From assembly GCA_030390025.1 (NCBI GenBank), contig CM059431.1:108626001-108690000 (forward strand): a stretch of DNA of 64,000 nucleotides, read 5' to 3'. Each line of letters begins with the position of its first letter. The first letter of the stretch is position 1. The position numbers and the translations under genes are program-made. The stretch comes from Squalus acanthias. Its lineage: Eukaryota. This document shows, in pieces, positions 48,736 through 62,556 of the stretch. The notes under the pieces were generated by a model. It was given only the letters and a program-made list of their open reading frames with translations. It searched no databases and had not been told where the DNA came from.

Positions 48736-49738
48736 TAAGTATTTAAGAGATTCCATTCCCATAATTCGACACGGAGACATTGCCCTCGTATGCAGGCAGG
48801 TGGAACTCCGGCTTACCGCATTTTCGGTGGAGGAGTGGGAGCCCCAGAACCTTCGGGCCCTTCTTTCCATTAACCAGGCCTAGATCTGAATGCAGGTTCC
48901 CAGAAAAAACAGTAAGCTGAATACTGTACCACCAGTCCCAGATAAAAGGATCTTTGATTTTGTTTGAAGGCAGGTCAGAACTACAAGTTGGATACCACTT
49001 ATAAATTAAAGGCTACCACCCTTTCATTGCCAGTTTAACATAGAGGATCATTCACTTGCAAATTGTCAAAAAGCCTATCAAATTTATTAAAACCCGTGAA
49101 ATGGAATGCTACATCTTAAAGATACAATTCAATTTGAAATTAATTCTTATTACCCATATCTGCATTAAAAATTCCAAATAATTCAAGAAATAATGTGGTT
49201 GGCAATAATATTTCTAGTTGCTTTGATATGTATATTATCTTGATGTAGCATGCTCACAATTCATCCTTGTTTAGCCTCCCTCAAGGGAGAAGAGTTTGGA
49301 ATAGGGTCAAAGATTGCCTTTCATTCCTCCACCAAAGACAAAATAAGAGCAATCTTAATTTTACAAGGATGTTTCCTTGTACAGATACCTTTATTGAGGT
49401 TTCAGATTATGCAGACTATGATTCAGACAATAATAAGCATAAATGGTAAGTATCAATTTCTTGTTGCAACCAGATCACTGAAGCACGCAACTTAATTAAC
49501 TTCACAATTGATTTTAAGAATATGTAGATGAAAGATAATTGTCCACAGTTAAAGCAAAATGTTACGTCTTAAAATGTAGCATTAGAATAGCTTTCAAGAT
49601 GATAATGTTTCATTAAAAGGTCCGTTCTCCCACTCCAGATCTCAGCACTGATAACTGATCTCCAGTTGAAATGGAGCTCTACTCCATCCAAAACCTCACA
49701 ATCTGCAATCCTGCTTTTAACACTGGCTCAGACTCATT

Positions 49739-50494
49739 GGCCCAGAAATTTGACTCGGAGACTTGCCGCGGGGGTAAGGATCCCCCACGATATCACACTC
49801 CGCGCCGGCCGTTGTGTTTCGGGCCCACACGAACTTCTGGTCCTGGGCCTCTCCCTGGTGCCGGCGCGCAGTGTGTGCATGTCCCAGAGGCGCAGTTAGT
49901 TCGATGCGACCTCTGGGATCACGTGGGACATGGAGAGCCAATGGCAGCACACCATCTTTCATTCATAGATTTGACAGGAGAACTGTCAAAACTATGAATA
50001 CAAATTGCCCCCAAAAGAACAGCTAAACCTCAAATAAATTAAAAAAAAACCATCACATTAATAAAATAACTATAGTTAAATAAATTAACCACTTTAAACA
50101 AAAATTTTAATTTTTGAAAAAATTTAAATTCTTTTTAAAAGTTATAAAAATAAAACTTTAAAGTCTCTAAAAAAGATAAACCTGTTAAAAAAAATTTTTA
50201 AATAATACTTAATTAACTACTTACCTTGTTAAAAGGGGGTCTTACGCCTCCTTTCTTCATGTGTAAAATCTTCCATACTTACCTTCGCGTTGAAACCTGA
50301 AAAAAAACCTAAGTGTGCTGCGTGCGCACAGCCTGTAGTGCGCACGTGGTTCACCTAGGAACCGCCCCCTTCACCATACCCGAAGTGCCGGTTTCCTGCG
50401 CATGCGCAGTGCATGCAGGAAACTGGCACTTCGGGACCGAATACGCGAGAGTACACAGTTCGTACTCTCCCGTATTCAGCCGAATTTTTGTGCC
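49739..50494. mobile_element. Harbinger-type MITE, copy A
   Basis: GGCCCAGAAATT / AATTTTTGTGCC; TSD ATT; homologous to 60756-61506. Confidence 0.8.
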
Positions 50495-50561
50495 ATTATT
50501 TTTATTGCTGTTATGCATCTTAAAAAGGCAAAGAAATTTAGGGTGAACTTAAAATGCATCA

Positions 50562-50721
50562 GGGGAAATTTTCACTGCCTGGGCAGCAATCTAGTGGAGA
50601 AGATTGCCTGCCCATTATAGAACGCGCCCGATTTTCATTCCATTGATTTCTGGTTCTACAACAGCTGAGTGATCTGTTCCACTGGATTATCGACCAGGCA
50701 GTGAAGGTGAAAATTTACCCC
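50562..50721. mobile_element. Short hairpin MITE (~160 bp)
   Basis: GGGGAAATTTTCAC..CACTGCCTGG / CCAGGCAGTG..GTGAAAATTTACCCC inverted arms. Confidence 0.65.
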
Positions 50722-50767
50722 CATTATTTCATCAGGAACTTCAACATACGCAATTGTTCTGACACGA

Positions 50768-51453
50768 GGGTCTAGAAATTGGATCAGACAGCCCCGGATT
50801 TTCAGGCAACAAACAGGTGGTGGAGGGTCTAATACGGCGTTCAATCCATGTTAGGTATGCGTTGCACGCTACATTGGCCAGGGCGCCCGGCTGAAACAGC
50901 CGTTCGGCCAATTGCCGGTGCAAATCAGGGGCCTACCGCCCAAGTCAGGCTCCTTTCCGGTATCGGTTCCCGACTGACCGCAGCACGAACACCGCAGTCT
51001 TCTCAGGCGAACAGCATCCAAAGTAGTGTCTTAAAAGGGACCACTGGAGGCTGCCATCAAAGGGCAAACTACATTTTCTCTACTTACCTGAATGTGGAGC
51101 CGGAAGGAGCAGGTGCACTCCTCCTGGCTCAAAATTAAAACTGTGGGCTACTGCCAGATACAGCTCGCACACCCACCCCCCCGTCCACCACCCCGCGATC
51201 TCCTCACTGCCCACCCCCCAACATCCCCTCCTAGATTCAGGGTAGATCTAGTGGCAGCATCCCTGCCCACTGATCTTCATAATCCTCATGACCGGCGCAC
51301 TGCCACTTGGGGCGTGATCGGTGTCCTTAGCTCGCCGGTCGCATCCTGACGACGCAAAGGGGCCAATTTCGGGTGGTCCTCCTGCTCATCAATTTTGTCG
51401 CAGCAGTTCGTGGTTTGACCGGGTTCACGCCCGAGTCAAACGAATTTCCAGGT
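50768..51453. mobile_element. Probable Harbinger-type MITE
   Basis: GGTCTAGAAATT / AATTTCCAGGTC imperfect ends; CpG-rich body. Confidence 0.5.
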
Positions 51454-53349
51454 CAAGTATACTCGCCAGTTGTTAGATCAGCTAACGGTGGCAAACAGTT
51501 AGCAAAGTTGTTTCATTTTGGGCTGCCCTGTTCTTATCAGCCTTCCTGACAATTGACATTGTTTTCCTTTATAAGCCATGCGATAATAACACGGATCTTA
51601 TTGATAAATTAAAATTTGGACATCTGACAGTTCCTTATGTCGGCGAAACACAATCCTGCAGCCACAGTGTTGCTGATAACACTTTCACTATTCCTCCAAC
51701 ATTTCTGTGGTTCTCTGTATCCTGTTCACCAACACGACAAACACATTTATGGCAAGGGAAATAAGGATCTAATGCAGAATTTTTTCCTTTTCTACAGAAC
51801 TGAGGTAGTAAATGGTACCCCTATTGAAAATTCGGGCACAGAATAGCTGAATACACATCACAGAACAACATGTAATACTGTAAAGAACAAGATAGCTTCT
51901 TAATAAATCATGGTGGAGCCATTAGTGCAGCAGCTTTTGAAAGGTACTGCTCACAGCAGAGGAAAAAGCTTTTACATGTAAAGATAAATTTGGATATTGT
52001 TCTCTGTGCCATCACTGCAGTGTTTTTTCTTCTCATTCCTCCTTGGGGAATGTAAACATGCATTTAACATTCTATTTTAGCTGTTAAATAGCGGTAGGAA
52101 TTATCCCGAAACAAAAGGCGACAGGATTGTTTAGCACACATCCAAACATTATGATTCAATCAGCAAAAATATATTCATAAAGGCACAGAAGAAATTTCAA
52201 AGTGTTTCAGTGCGCAGACCCATAGGGAGGTTAGGCCAGTGAATTAAAACAGCAACCCTGCTTTCTCCAACTACACCCTGCACATCAATGATTCCACACG
52301 ACGTTTTGCTGAATCAGGAGCATGTTACTTAAACAAAATCATTCCACATTGGAAGCAATTTAAAAATGCAAAGAAACCCCATAACAGCCAGTCAGTGTGT
52401 GTCTTGCAAAGCTTCGTATGTGTAGTAACAGAGCTAAAATATGTGTGCCGGGAAGGGGCGAAGAGGAGCAGTATTGAGTTACCCGATGCCATGAGTTTTG
52501 CCGACAGCATACCGACATTGAGAAACAGCAATACTGAATGCAACAAAATAGGACACGGAAAGTTAAATTAGGCAGGGTGCGAAACGAGCGTCCGATCCGC
52601 TCCCATCAGACTCCCGCCAATTAGGAGACATACACAAAAGGCCTCCAAATTTGCCCCATAAAGACCTGAATTAAATATATACGTAGGCGTGGAGTTTCCG
52701 CTCGGGACGCAATCGGCAAAATGCACCCAGAATGCGCTGGACACTGCGTTGGTTATGCCGAGGTGAAGTTACTCACATGTTTCTGCGCAAACGTGTTAGC
52801 GTAGGCCCGAACGTAAAATCTCCCAGGAACCAGCGCAATCGAGCAGCGGAGTCGATTAGTGACTGGAACAGGCCGTCCGCCAGCATCAGAAAGAGGACGA
52901 GGATTGCCAGTAAGTGAGCCATTCTTAAACTGACTGATTTAATGCTCTTGATATTACTTTTTAATTGGCTTCAATTGACTACCTTCATGTGCCCTTGGTA
53001 GATAAGACCTGAGACCAGCAGGCAATTGAAGCCACACAGGTGTGTCCTGCGCTGCCGTAATTGACTGAATTTAGACTAATTTAAACTGAATTCCAAGTAA
53101 TTCAAACTAATTGCAGCAGCAGCAGGAGAAACAAAATCTGGGTCAGGCTTCAATAGACTGTTCCTACTGGTCACTGCAGGTCCAGGTGATTAACGCTGGA
53201 TTCATGTGACTTTGGGCACCTGTGGATCGTTGATACTCCAGCGTAAAGCGGGTATGGGCGCAACTCACGTTTACAATTCCACCATCTTTAGTGCTATTTC
53301 ATTCGGTTCCACCCAGATTATGTTGACATATATGCTGATTATAATCGCT

Positions 53350-53606
53350 CAGCCTTTGGCGGCCGTGCCTTCTGTTGCCTGGGCCCTAAGCTCTGGAATT
53401 CCCTCCCTAAACCTCTCCGCCTCGCTACCTCTCTTTCCTCCTTTAAGACGCTCCTTAAAACCTACCTCTTTGACCAAGCTTTTGATCACCTGCCCTAATT
53501 TATCCTTATGTGGATCGGTGTCAAATTTGTTGTCTTAAAATACTCCTGTGCAGCGCCATGGGACGTTTTACTACGTTAAAGGCGCTATATAAACGCAAGT
53601 TGTTGT
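53350..53606 (+). mobile_element. L2 LINE 3' end
   Basis: GGRAF..LWNSLP..FKTLLKTYLF and tail AAAGGCGCTATATAAACGCAAGTTGTTGTT; homologous to 25176-25420. Confidence 0.8.
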
Positions 53607-54409
53607 TATGTTGATATCTAGGTGGCAATCATGCAGAAACTCCCTGCCGTAGTTTATTTTATCCATTGAGCATAACACAATAATCCTGGTATGCTGGCTA
53701 AAATATCCTATTTATAGAATAGTATAGGATCTTAGCTACAATTGTGTTCACTTTTGTCTCCCGGTTGTAACAAATAATACAATACCCTAAACTAAGGCAA
53801 TTTTCAAGGAACCATTTTAAGTCCTCGAGGATTTCTGGAAATGGCACAAACGAATCAGCCATGTACATCATCAGCAATTTGCCCATAGACGTTAAAAGTG
53901 CCTCTCTCAAGAAAAAATCCCAGCTACTGTTTAAGTTTACATCAGGATTGCTCTTTGTTGCAAGCTGATTTTAAACCGACGCAGGAAAGGAAAGTTATTT
54001 CCAGAAGTGAGATCACCTAAATGTTTTCTGACCAATTCAATTAATAGCTTTGTGCTGATAACAAAAAAAAAGTTTCTGGCTGGCACAGGCTAGTTCTTAA
54101 TGCCCTTGCCGTTGACAGCCTGAGATATTCAGCACAAATTATAGCAAGTGGTAGATTCACTTAACAACACCAAGGTTTATCAGCTGAGCCAGAACACAGG
54201 GACATTAATTGAGTGCTGAAGTAAATTAAATCTGGAATTCCAATCTGTCTCATTAAGACTCTTTAGCTTCAATGACTATATCACTCAATTCAAAGTGATT
54301 TGTTATTTCAAGGATTTACTATTGATGTCCATAGACACACTCATGGCTCAATCTACATCCTGGGAGAAATATGTTTCTTTCCAAATGACATCTGAGTATT
54401 GTTGCGCTG

Positions 54410-55780
54410 ACCACAAAAAGCAGAACAAATCCAATCCGGCCAATTACAGCCCCATCAGTCTACTCTCAATCATCAGCAAACTGATGGAAGGTGTCATCGA
54501 CAGTGCTATCAAGCGGCACTTACTCACCAATAACCTGCTCACTGATGCCCAGTTTGGGTTCTGCCAAGACCACTCGGCTCCTGACCTCATTACAGCCTTG
54601 GTCCAAACATAGACAAAGGAGCTGAATTCCAGAGGTGAGGTGAGAGTGATTGCCTTTGACATCAAGGCAGCATTTGACCGAGTTGTGGCATCAAGGAGCC
54701 CTAGTAAAACTGAAGTCAATGGGAATCGGGGGTAAAACGCTCCACTGGCTGGAGTCATACCTAGCACAAAGGAAGATAGTTGTGGTGGTTGAAGGTCAAT
54801 CATCACAGCCCCAGGACATAGCTGCAGGACTTCCTCAGGGCAGTGTCCTAGGCCCAACCATCTTCAGCTGCTTCATCAATGACCTTCCCTCCAACATAAG
54901 GTCAGAAATGGGGATGTTCGCTGATGACTGCACAATGTTCAGCGCCATTCACAACTCCTCAGGTAATGAAGCAGTCCATGCTCGCATGCAACAAGACCTG
55001 GAGGATGTTCAGGCTTGGGCTGATAAGTGGCAGGCAATGACTATCTCCAACAAGCGAGAGTCTAACCACCGCCCCTTGACATTCATCGGCATTACCATCG
55101 CCGAATCCCCCACCTTCAACACCCTGGGGGTCACCATTGACCAGAAACTTAACTGGACCAGCCACATAAATATTGTGGCAACAAGAGCAGGTCAGAGGCT
55201 AGATATTCTGCGGTGAGTGTCTCACCTCCTGACTCCCCAAAGCCTTTTCACCATCTACAAGGCACAAGTAAGGAGTGTGATGGAATACTCTCCACTTGCC
55301 TGGATGAGTGCAGCTTCAACAACACTCAAGAAGCTCGACACCATCCAGGACAAAGCAGCCCGCTTGATTGGCACCCCATCCACCACCTTAAACATTCACT
55401 CTCTCCACCACCGGCGTAACGTGGCTGCAGTGTGTACCATCTACAAGATGCACTGCAGCAACTCGCCAAGACTTCTTCGGCAGCACCTCCCAAACCCGCG
55501 ACCTCTTCCACCTAGAAGGACAAGGGCAGCAGGCGCATGGGAACACCACCGCCTCCAAGATCCCCTCCAAGTCACACACCATCCTGACTTAGAAGTTTAT
55601 TGCCGATCCTTCATCGTCGCTGGGTCTAAATCCTGGAACTCCCTCCCTAACAGCAGTGTGGGAGTACCTTCACCACACGGACTGCAGCTTTTCAAGAAGG
55701 CGGCTCACCACCACCTTCTCAAGAGCAATTAGGGATGGGCAATAAATGCTGGCCTTGCCAGCGACGCCCACATCCCATAA
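54410..55780 (+). mobile_element. LINE family B, RT to 3' end
   Basis: NYSPISLLS, PQGSVLGP, MFADD; homologous to 7223-8660. Confidence 0.9.
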
Positions 55781-57281
55781 ACAAATTTTTTAAAATTCCC
55801 AAAAATGCCACCAATGCAAAAATGTTTGGTATCATTCCCTGCCTTGTTATTCAAAAGGTTTACCTTTTTAAGGATGAGTAGGCAGTATGCAGTGCAATTT
55901 TGCATATTATATTATGGAGTGAGGCATCTCGTAGCGTGTGCTGATGTTTTCCTGCAATCTTCAGCTCGAAATCTTTTTGCACAGTAACTTGCTGGAAGTG
56001 TGAGCTGATCACGAGGCGGTAAGGGAAACAGTGCACCTTAGTGAACGACAGGACCAACTGTGTATCTCCTTAACCATGAGATTTGAGGATCGAGAAAGAA
56101 ATAGAGGAATGGTGGAGCAGGAAATGGGGTGAATTAGTGTCAAATGAGGTAGAGAAAGAGAAATAAAGAGAGGGAAAGAAAGATTGGTTTAAGAGAGAGG
56201 GAAAGAAGAGACAGAAAGGAAAAAAATTCAAAATCTGACACTTAAAAAATCTCTAACAACAATTTATTACATGCTGGAATGAGATTGAATAGTATAAATT
56301 GTTCCCTTTCTGGGCCAGAGAGCTTGTTTGGTATTGCATTAACAATTATCACATGGTTAAAAGGTACTTAAGCTGTTAAGAACCAGACTTAACTTTCTGC
56401 AGCGAGTTTAATGGCCAATTTAGGTGCAAATCGAGCAAGTTCTTCAAAATAATGGGGAGGCTAAGGGCGAGATGCCATTTATGCGAGGCGGAGCAGCGTA
56501 AGTCAACTTGTAGGTTCTGTAGATTTGCAACTCACGGCGTATCTCTTAATCCCTTGAATTTGCTGACCGACTTGCACGTTAATAACGGCGTGCGTCGTTA
56601 ACATGCCGTTATTTTTCCAGGAAGATCTGGCTCAATAAGTGCGTGGGATAGCACATTAAATCTGTCCAGAGGAGATGAGAGACAAGTTTTTTCCGATTGG
56701 CGCAAATAAGGAACCAAACAACATTAATTTGCTGAAATATAGATCAAGAGAGATCCCTCGGAAAAGCAACCAATCCAAGTGCTGCAATATGAATTCATCA
56801 CTTTGGACAATTTATTGTTTCAAAGTGATTCCAGCCAGCCTTTGGATATATTATCCAGTCGAATATGAAACCTCATAAATAACATTGATAATGTAAGAAG
56901 CACATCAAAATTAAATCATTCATGCTAAAATAATTAACTTTACCCATAATATTAAGAATATATTGTTAGAAATACCTGCAAGAAATAGACAAAGCAGGGA
57001 CTGTTCCTCTCCCAGAGTTGGAAATCTCACCTGAACTGAGTGCTGGGGATGTCCAGTTGATGTAGACAAATTCAGTCTGTGTGAAAGAGCAGTGCCTCAT
57101 GGGTGCACCTCTCAAACTACAATTTGCAGAGTGCGTCACAGCCAACCCACATCATGTGACAACCGAGCACACAAGGTTCCTTCAACTGGGCATGGGATTT
57201 CCTGTCCACAAATTCTGTATGTCAGAGATGCATCATGGAAGCTGTGGTTTCCACCATGCTCTTGTGGTACGAAAGCAGCCT

Positions 57282-59188
57282 GGGGTAGAGTTTCCATTTT
57301 GGCCGTAAATTATGCCCAAAATGCGTTTGAAATGGCGCCAGTTAGGCTACGGTTCAGGTTTCCAATAAAATTAATTTGCATAATCACAAACGAAAAATCT
57401 TCCATAAACCAGCGCAATCGGGCAGCATAATACAACACAGGCCGGAATGTTTCGTGGGGTCAGCTGGGGTGTTCGGAGGCGGGTCGGCTGGGAAAATGTT
57501 TTTTTTTTGACAGCGGGTAGGGAACACGCCTCCACACTAGTCTCCCAGATGTCGGGTCTGACATCGCAGAACAGACACCAAGCAGCGGGGGAGGCAATTT
57601 ACATCATTAGCTGGATTGTTAAGAGGCAATTAACAAGTATTTTAAGCTTACCTTTAGATTTTTAGAGTTCGCCAATGGCTTCCCCGCTGCTCGGGGATCA
57701 CGTCAGGTAAGGAGCCTGTGATGATTGCTAAACTTGACAGCTTAAATGGTCTATGAAAGCACCCAATGGTCTGTGAAAGCTTCCATTTCATAGGTCTTCA
57801 CTTTGCAAGGTTAGAAGCTGTTGCTTACTGCATTTGGAAAACAGATTGAGCTTTATGCAGCTTGCAAGTGTTTGGAGCAAACTCACTATCCAGTGTCCAT
57901 CTCCAACATCCCCCCTTTCCCTGTCCTTACACTTGCTTAAAAACCTGTTCCATCGCCAACATCTCCTCTACACTGGGGAGACCAAACGCAGATTGGGTGA
58001 CCGCTTTGCGGAACACCTCCGTTCAGTCCGTAAGGGTGACCCCGAGCTTCCGGTCGCCTGTCACTTTAATTCTCCGCTCCACTCCTACTCTGACCTCTCT
58101 GTCCTCGGCCTGCTACACTGTTCCAATGAAGCTCATGGGATCATTGAAAGGTTTGCGTCACTGCAGCCTGGTCCTCCTGACAACATCGCTGCTTGTGTCC
58201 TCCTGTGCATAACGCAACCAAACTGCATTGGTCTCCTGGGAAGGTCTCTTCTGACCATGGGAAGGGAAGAGGACCTCCCTGCGTGCTGTGACTCCCTCCA
58301 TATGCTTATGGAGGGAGTCATGGGAGAGCCTGGGTACAGCTGTGCACCTTTGTGCAGTGCTTGTCAGTGTTTGCAGCACCTGAATGGTGTAGAACACTGA
58401 CAGCAGAACTATCAAAATCAATTTGGCCATGGTCCCTTTAAGGAAACCGGCTGATGACACATCATCAAGTGACGTCATCAGACCCGCTTCCTTCAATTGG
58501 CCGGGAAACACACTAGGTTGGCTTAACAAGCCCAATCAGCATAAATTCTTTTCACAGAGCGGACTGGAGGCAGCAGCAGGGTTACACTCCGCCACCGACC
58601 CCGGCCGCCCCGGACCCGCCTCGGTAGGCGAAATTGCGGCTACAATCATTTCTATTTCTTTTCTTTGCATTAAAAAGTATTCCTTGATGTGTTTAAGAGC
58701 GATAACCTGGTGCTGTTTTATTAATACAGCTGAAAATGGGTTTATCACCAAAAAATAACCATTTTTAATCAGAGTGTCCAGTCCTCCACCTGTGAGTAAC
58801 TTGATTTAAAATCACTCAAAATGACATAAAGAAAACAATACTGAAATATTTAATAGTTTCATTGGTGTACACTAGTCCGTTTCTTAGTAAATTAAATATT
58901 GTTTGATACGAAAATCATGCCGACTAGTGCCTGCGCGCCTTAGAAAATGAACACAATTTGAAGAACCTTCTCGAACCAGCGCAATCAGCGGAATCTCGCA
59001 GTTTCGACCTGGGGGCGTGGCCAGTTTTGTGGGCGGGGCCTGAATTGAATCTTAAACTAGTGTAAAGGATCACGGAAAACGGGAACATAAGTGGTTTTAG
59101 ACTCAGTTACGTTCATTGGCGCTGGTTTGGCTGATTCCACCCAGAATGCGCTGATATAACTAATGGAAACAAGTGGAAACTCTACCTT
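57282..59188. mobile_element. MITE containing a Harbinger-Myb element (57440-58641, TSD ACA), which contains a Penelope GIY-YIG fragment (~57900-58135)
   Basis: Outer TIR GGTAGAGTTTCC / GGAAACTCTACC; inner Myb exon at 58140-58350 (minus strand); LYTGETKRRLGDRFAEH. Confidence 0.72.
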
Positions 59189-59286
59189 CACTGTGTTCAC
59201 CACAACAACTGGTTTCACATCACAAGCAGATAGAACAATTTACAAATAGTAACATTGAGACATGAGTGGTGAAAGACAAACATAAT

Positions 59287-60122
59287 GGGCCGGAATTTTC
59301 ACAGGAACAAACGGGTGGGTTGGAGGTGGGGTGGAGGTGAAAGTTGTATAAATCTAAAACCAGACCCCAATCCGCCTCCAACCCGCCCACTTTCACCTTT
59401 TACTCAGGCGGGATGGGAGGCGGGCAGCCAACCAGCTGCCACGAGGTGGGTTGGCAATTTAAATATTATAATGAGGCCTGAAGCCTCTACTTTAACCTGC
59501 TTTGCTGCAGGTGACCGAAGATCCCGGGGCTCGGGATTCCCGGTGGCTGCAACAAAGTGGCCTCAGCCTCGGGGAGCAATGCTTGTGGGCCGGGAAGAGC
59601 AGGAGTGCTTCCTCCCGGCCAACAAAGCTCCCCCACCAGCTGCCTATATCCCTCGGGATCGGGGTTCAGATCTCCACCTCTGGGATCGAACCGCACCCCC
59701 CCCCCCCCCACCACCCCCGCCACCCCCTGGGCTTGGAACAACCCCCAAGATCACAACTCAGCCCTGGGGTCAGGGATCAGAACCCCCTTGGGTTAATCTC
59801 TCCCCCGGGGTCGGGGATCGGACCCCTTCCCCCTGGGGGATCGGACCCCCCTGGGCTTGGAACCCCCACTATGGCTTGAAACCCCCTCTCCCCCTACCAT
59901 CCTGGGCCCAGCACCTACCTGGTCCTGCGGCGTCCTGGTCAGCGTTACCCGCCCGACTGGAAGCCAGCCCGTCAATCAGGCTGACTTCCCGGCAGGGAAG
60001 CCGCCCTTTATGTCGCACGTTAAAACTCCACAGAGTGCCGGGAAACCAGAGCTTCCGGGTTTCCCACCGTCTCCCGGGTCCCCCCCCGCACCACGCGGGT
60101 GGGAAACGGGAAAATCCAGCCC
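59287..60122. mobile_element. Harbinger-type MITE
   Basis: GGGCCGGAATTTTC / GAAAATCCAGCCC. Confidence 0.75.
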
Positions 60123-60125
60123 AGT

Positions 60126-60575
60126 GTGTCAGTCATGGCTCAGTTAGTAGCACTCTCGCATTTGAGTCCAAAAGTTGTGTGTTCAAGTTCCACTCCAGAG
60201 ACTTGAGCACAAAAATCTAGGCTGATTCTCCAAGGCAGTACTGAATGTCGAAGGGGCCGTCTTTCGGATGAGACATTAAACCGAGGCCCCGTCTGCTCTC
60301 TCATGTGGATATAAAGGATCCTATGGCACTATTTCAAAGAGCAGGAGAGTTATCTCCGGTGTCCAAGCCAATATAATTCCTTGAATCAACATCACTAAAA
60401 AACAGATTATCTGGTCATTATCACATTGCTGTTTGTGGGAGCTTGCTGTGCGCAAATTGGCTGCCGCGTTTCCTACATTACAACAGTGACTACACTTCAA
60501 AAAGTACTTCATTGGCTGTAAAGCGCTTTGGGATGTCCTGAGGTTGTGAAAGATGCTATAGAATGCACGTCTTCC
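60126..60575 (+). mobile_element. DeuSINE (SacSINE1-like); a further tail fragment lies at 61863-61975
   Basis: Homologous to 22296-22752. Confidence 0.85.
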
Positions 60576-60755
60576 TTTTATTTCTAAAAGTGAAAGATTG
60601 GAGAGTAAATTTCACAATTTCACAATCGTGCCTCACCTGATGGGAGCATGGAGCTCAGCAGGCCTTATTCATGGTGCTCCCAATTTTCCAGAAACTTTGC
60701 ATCAAAATAATTTACCCTCTCATTTTTTTCAGTATTTTACACAGTTTAAGCTATT

Positions 60756-61506
60756 GGCCTAGAAATTCGCCTCTCCGGCTTGCCGCGGGGGTAAGGATCG
60801 CGCGCGCACTTACCTACCGCACCTGCCGTTGTGTTTTGGGCCCACGGGAACTTCAGCTCCTGGTCCTGCTCCAAGAGCCGGCGCGCAGTGCTTGCGTGTC
60901 CCAGGGGCGCAGTTAGTACGATGCGTCCCCTGGGATCACGTGGGCCATGGAGAGCCAATGGCAGCAGACCATCTTTCATTCATAGATTTGACAGGAGACC
61001 TGTCAAATCTGTGAATTGAAATCGGCCCCAAAAGAACAGCTAAACTTAAAATAAATTTTAAAAAACCCATCACATTTATAAAATAACTATAGTTAAATAA
61101 ATTAACCACTTTAAACAAAAATGTACATTTTTGAAAAAATTAAAATACTTTTTAAAAGTGATAAAAATAAACTTACCTTTCTTTAAAGTATCTAAAAAAG
61201 ATAAACCTGTTGAAAAAAAATTTAACTTATACTTAATTAACTGCTTACCTTGTTGAAAACGGATCCTGCGCCTCCTTTTTAATAGCGTAGTTTCTGCACT
61301 ACTTACCCTCGCGTAGAAACCTGAAAAAAAATCTAAGTTTGCTGCGTGCGCGCAGCCTCTACCACGCACGCGGTTCACCTAGGAACCGCGCCCCTTCACC
61401 AGACCGGAAGTTCCGGTTTCCCGCGCATGCGCAGTGCATGCAGGAAACCGGCACTTCGGGACGCCTTACGGGTGTACTCACCCGGGAAGGGCCGAATTTT
61501 TGGCCC
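60756..61506. mobile_element. Harbinger-type MITE, copy B
   Basis: GGCCTAGAAATTCG / CGAATTTTTGGCCC; homologous to 49739-50494. Confidence 0.8.
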
Positions 61507-62556
61507 ATAAATGATGACTGACAGCTTCCCTCCTCAATCTCACTGTCATGCTCCATTCCCTCGCAATCCCACACAGCCCCATCTCAATCCTTGTACTTTC
61601 CCCAACTGCTTCTCAATTGCACCAGGTTTGCTGGCCTCTATAGACATAGGAAAATGAAGGCATACTGGAACGCTTGGTGAATCAAGGCCAAATATGAATT
61701 GTCAAGTTGCTTTATTTCACAAATAAGAAGTCAACATACAGAGCAACAGTCAAAGATACTACCACTTAGTCACTTGGTTAACGTAACCTCACTTCTCCCC
61801 TTAAAAAGTAATAGGCCTTTGGTGGGCAGGCTGACTTATTTTTGGGATAACTATCTTTCTAACTTTCCTACATTACAACAGTGACTCCACTTCAAAAGTA
61901 CTTCATGGGCTGGAAAGCGCTTCGGGCTGCCCTGAGGTCGTGAAAAGCGCTATAGAAATGCAAGTCTTTCTTTCTTTAAACAAATTTCTAACTGCAAACT
62001 CTGACCTCCTGTATTTTTAGCTTCTCCAGACCAAGGGCTGTGTCTTGTATTTCTTCGTTCAAAACCTGACTGCCCCCATCATAGTTTTTTACTCTTCATT
62101 TCTGTTAAATCTGATGCTCAGAAGCAAAAGGGCAATATCTCTGACACCGTCCCATGCAAGGATCTGCATGCAGGCCTGTCAATCTAACCCCTTCTCCTTG
62201 AGTATATTCTCTGCAGACACCTCAAGCCTTGCCCACGTGAATGGAATTATCCTCACCACAATGGGTATGAGTATTTCTTGGCGATTTCCTGCGATGAGAT
62301 GATGAATTGCTTAACCTCCAAAGGATCATCCTGGTTAATGGGCCTGGAATAAGACGACAGATCCTCATTGTATCAGTTGCAGAATCATGTCTTGCAATAC
62401 ACATCAATTCTCCTTTAAGGGCCCTGACAATGTTCTTTGATGAGTTGGACTTTAGCTGTTATAAAAAGGTACAGCAGGAAAGCAATGCAGCAAGCGAAAG
62501 AGACAGGCCTGCGGACAGAGAGAGGCAGGTTGGCAGAAACAAGAATAAAGTATGAT

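Noticed and set aside
59285..60220. 311-aa ORF
   Set aside because: Coincides with a GC-rich MITE and runs into a SINE; no domain motifs.
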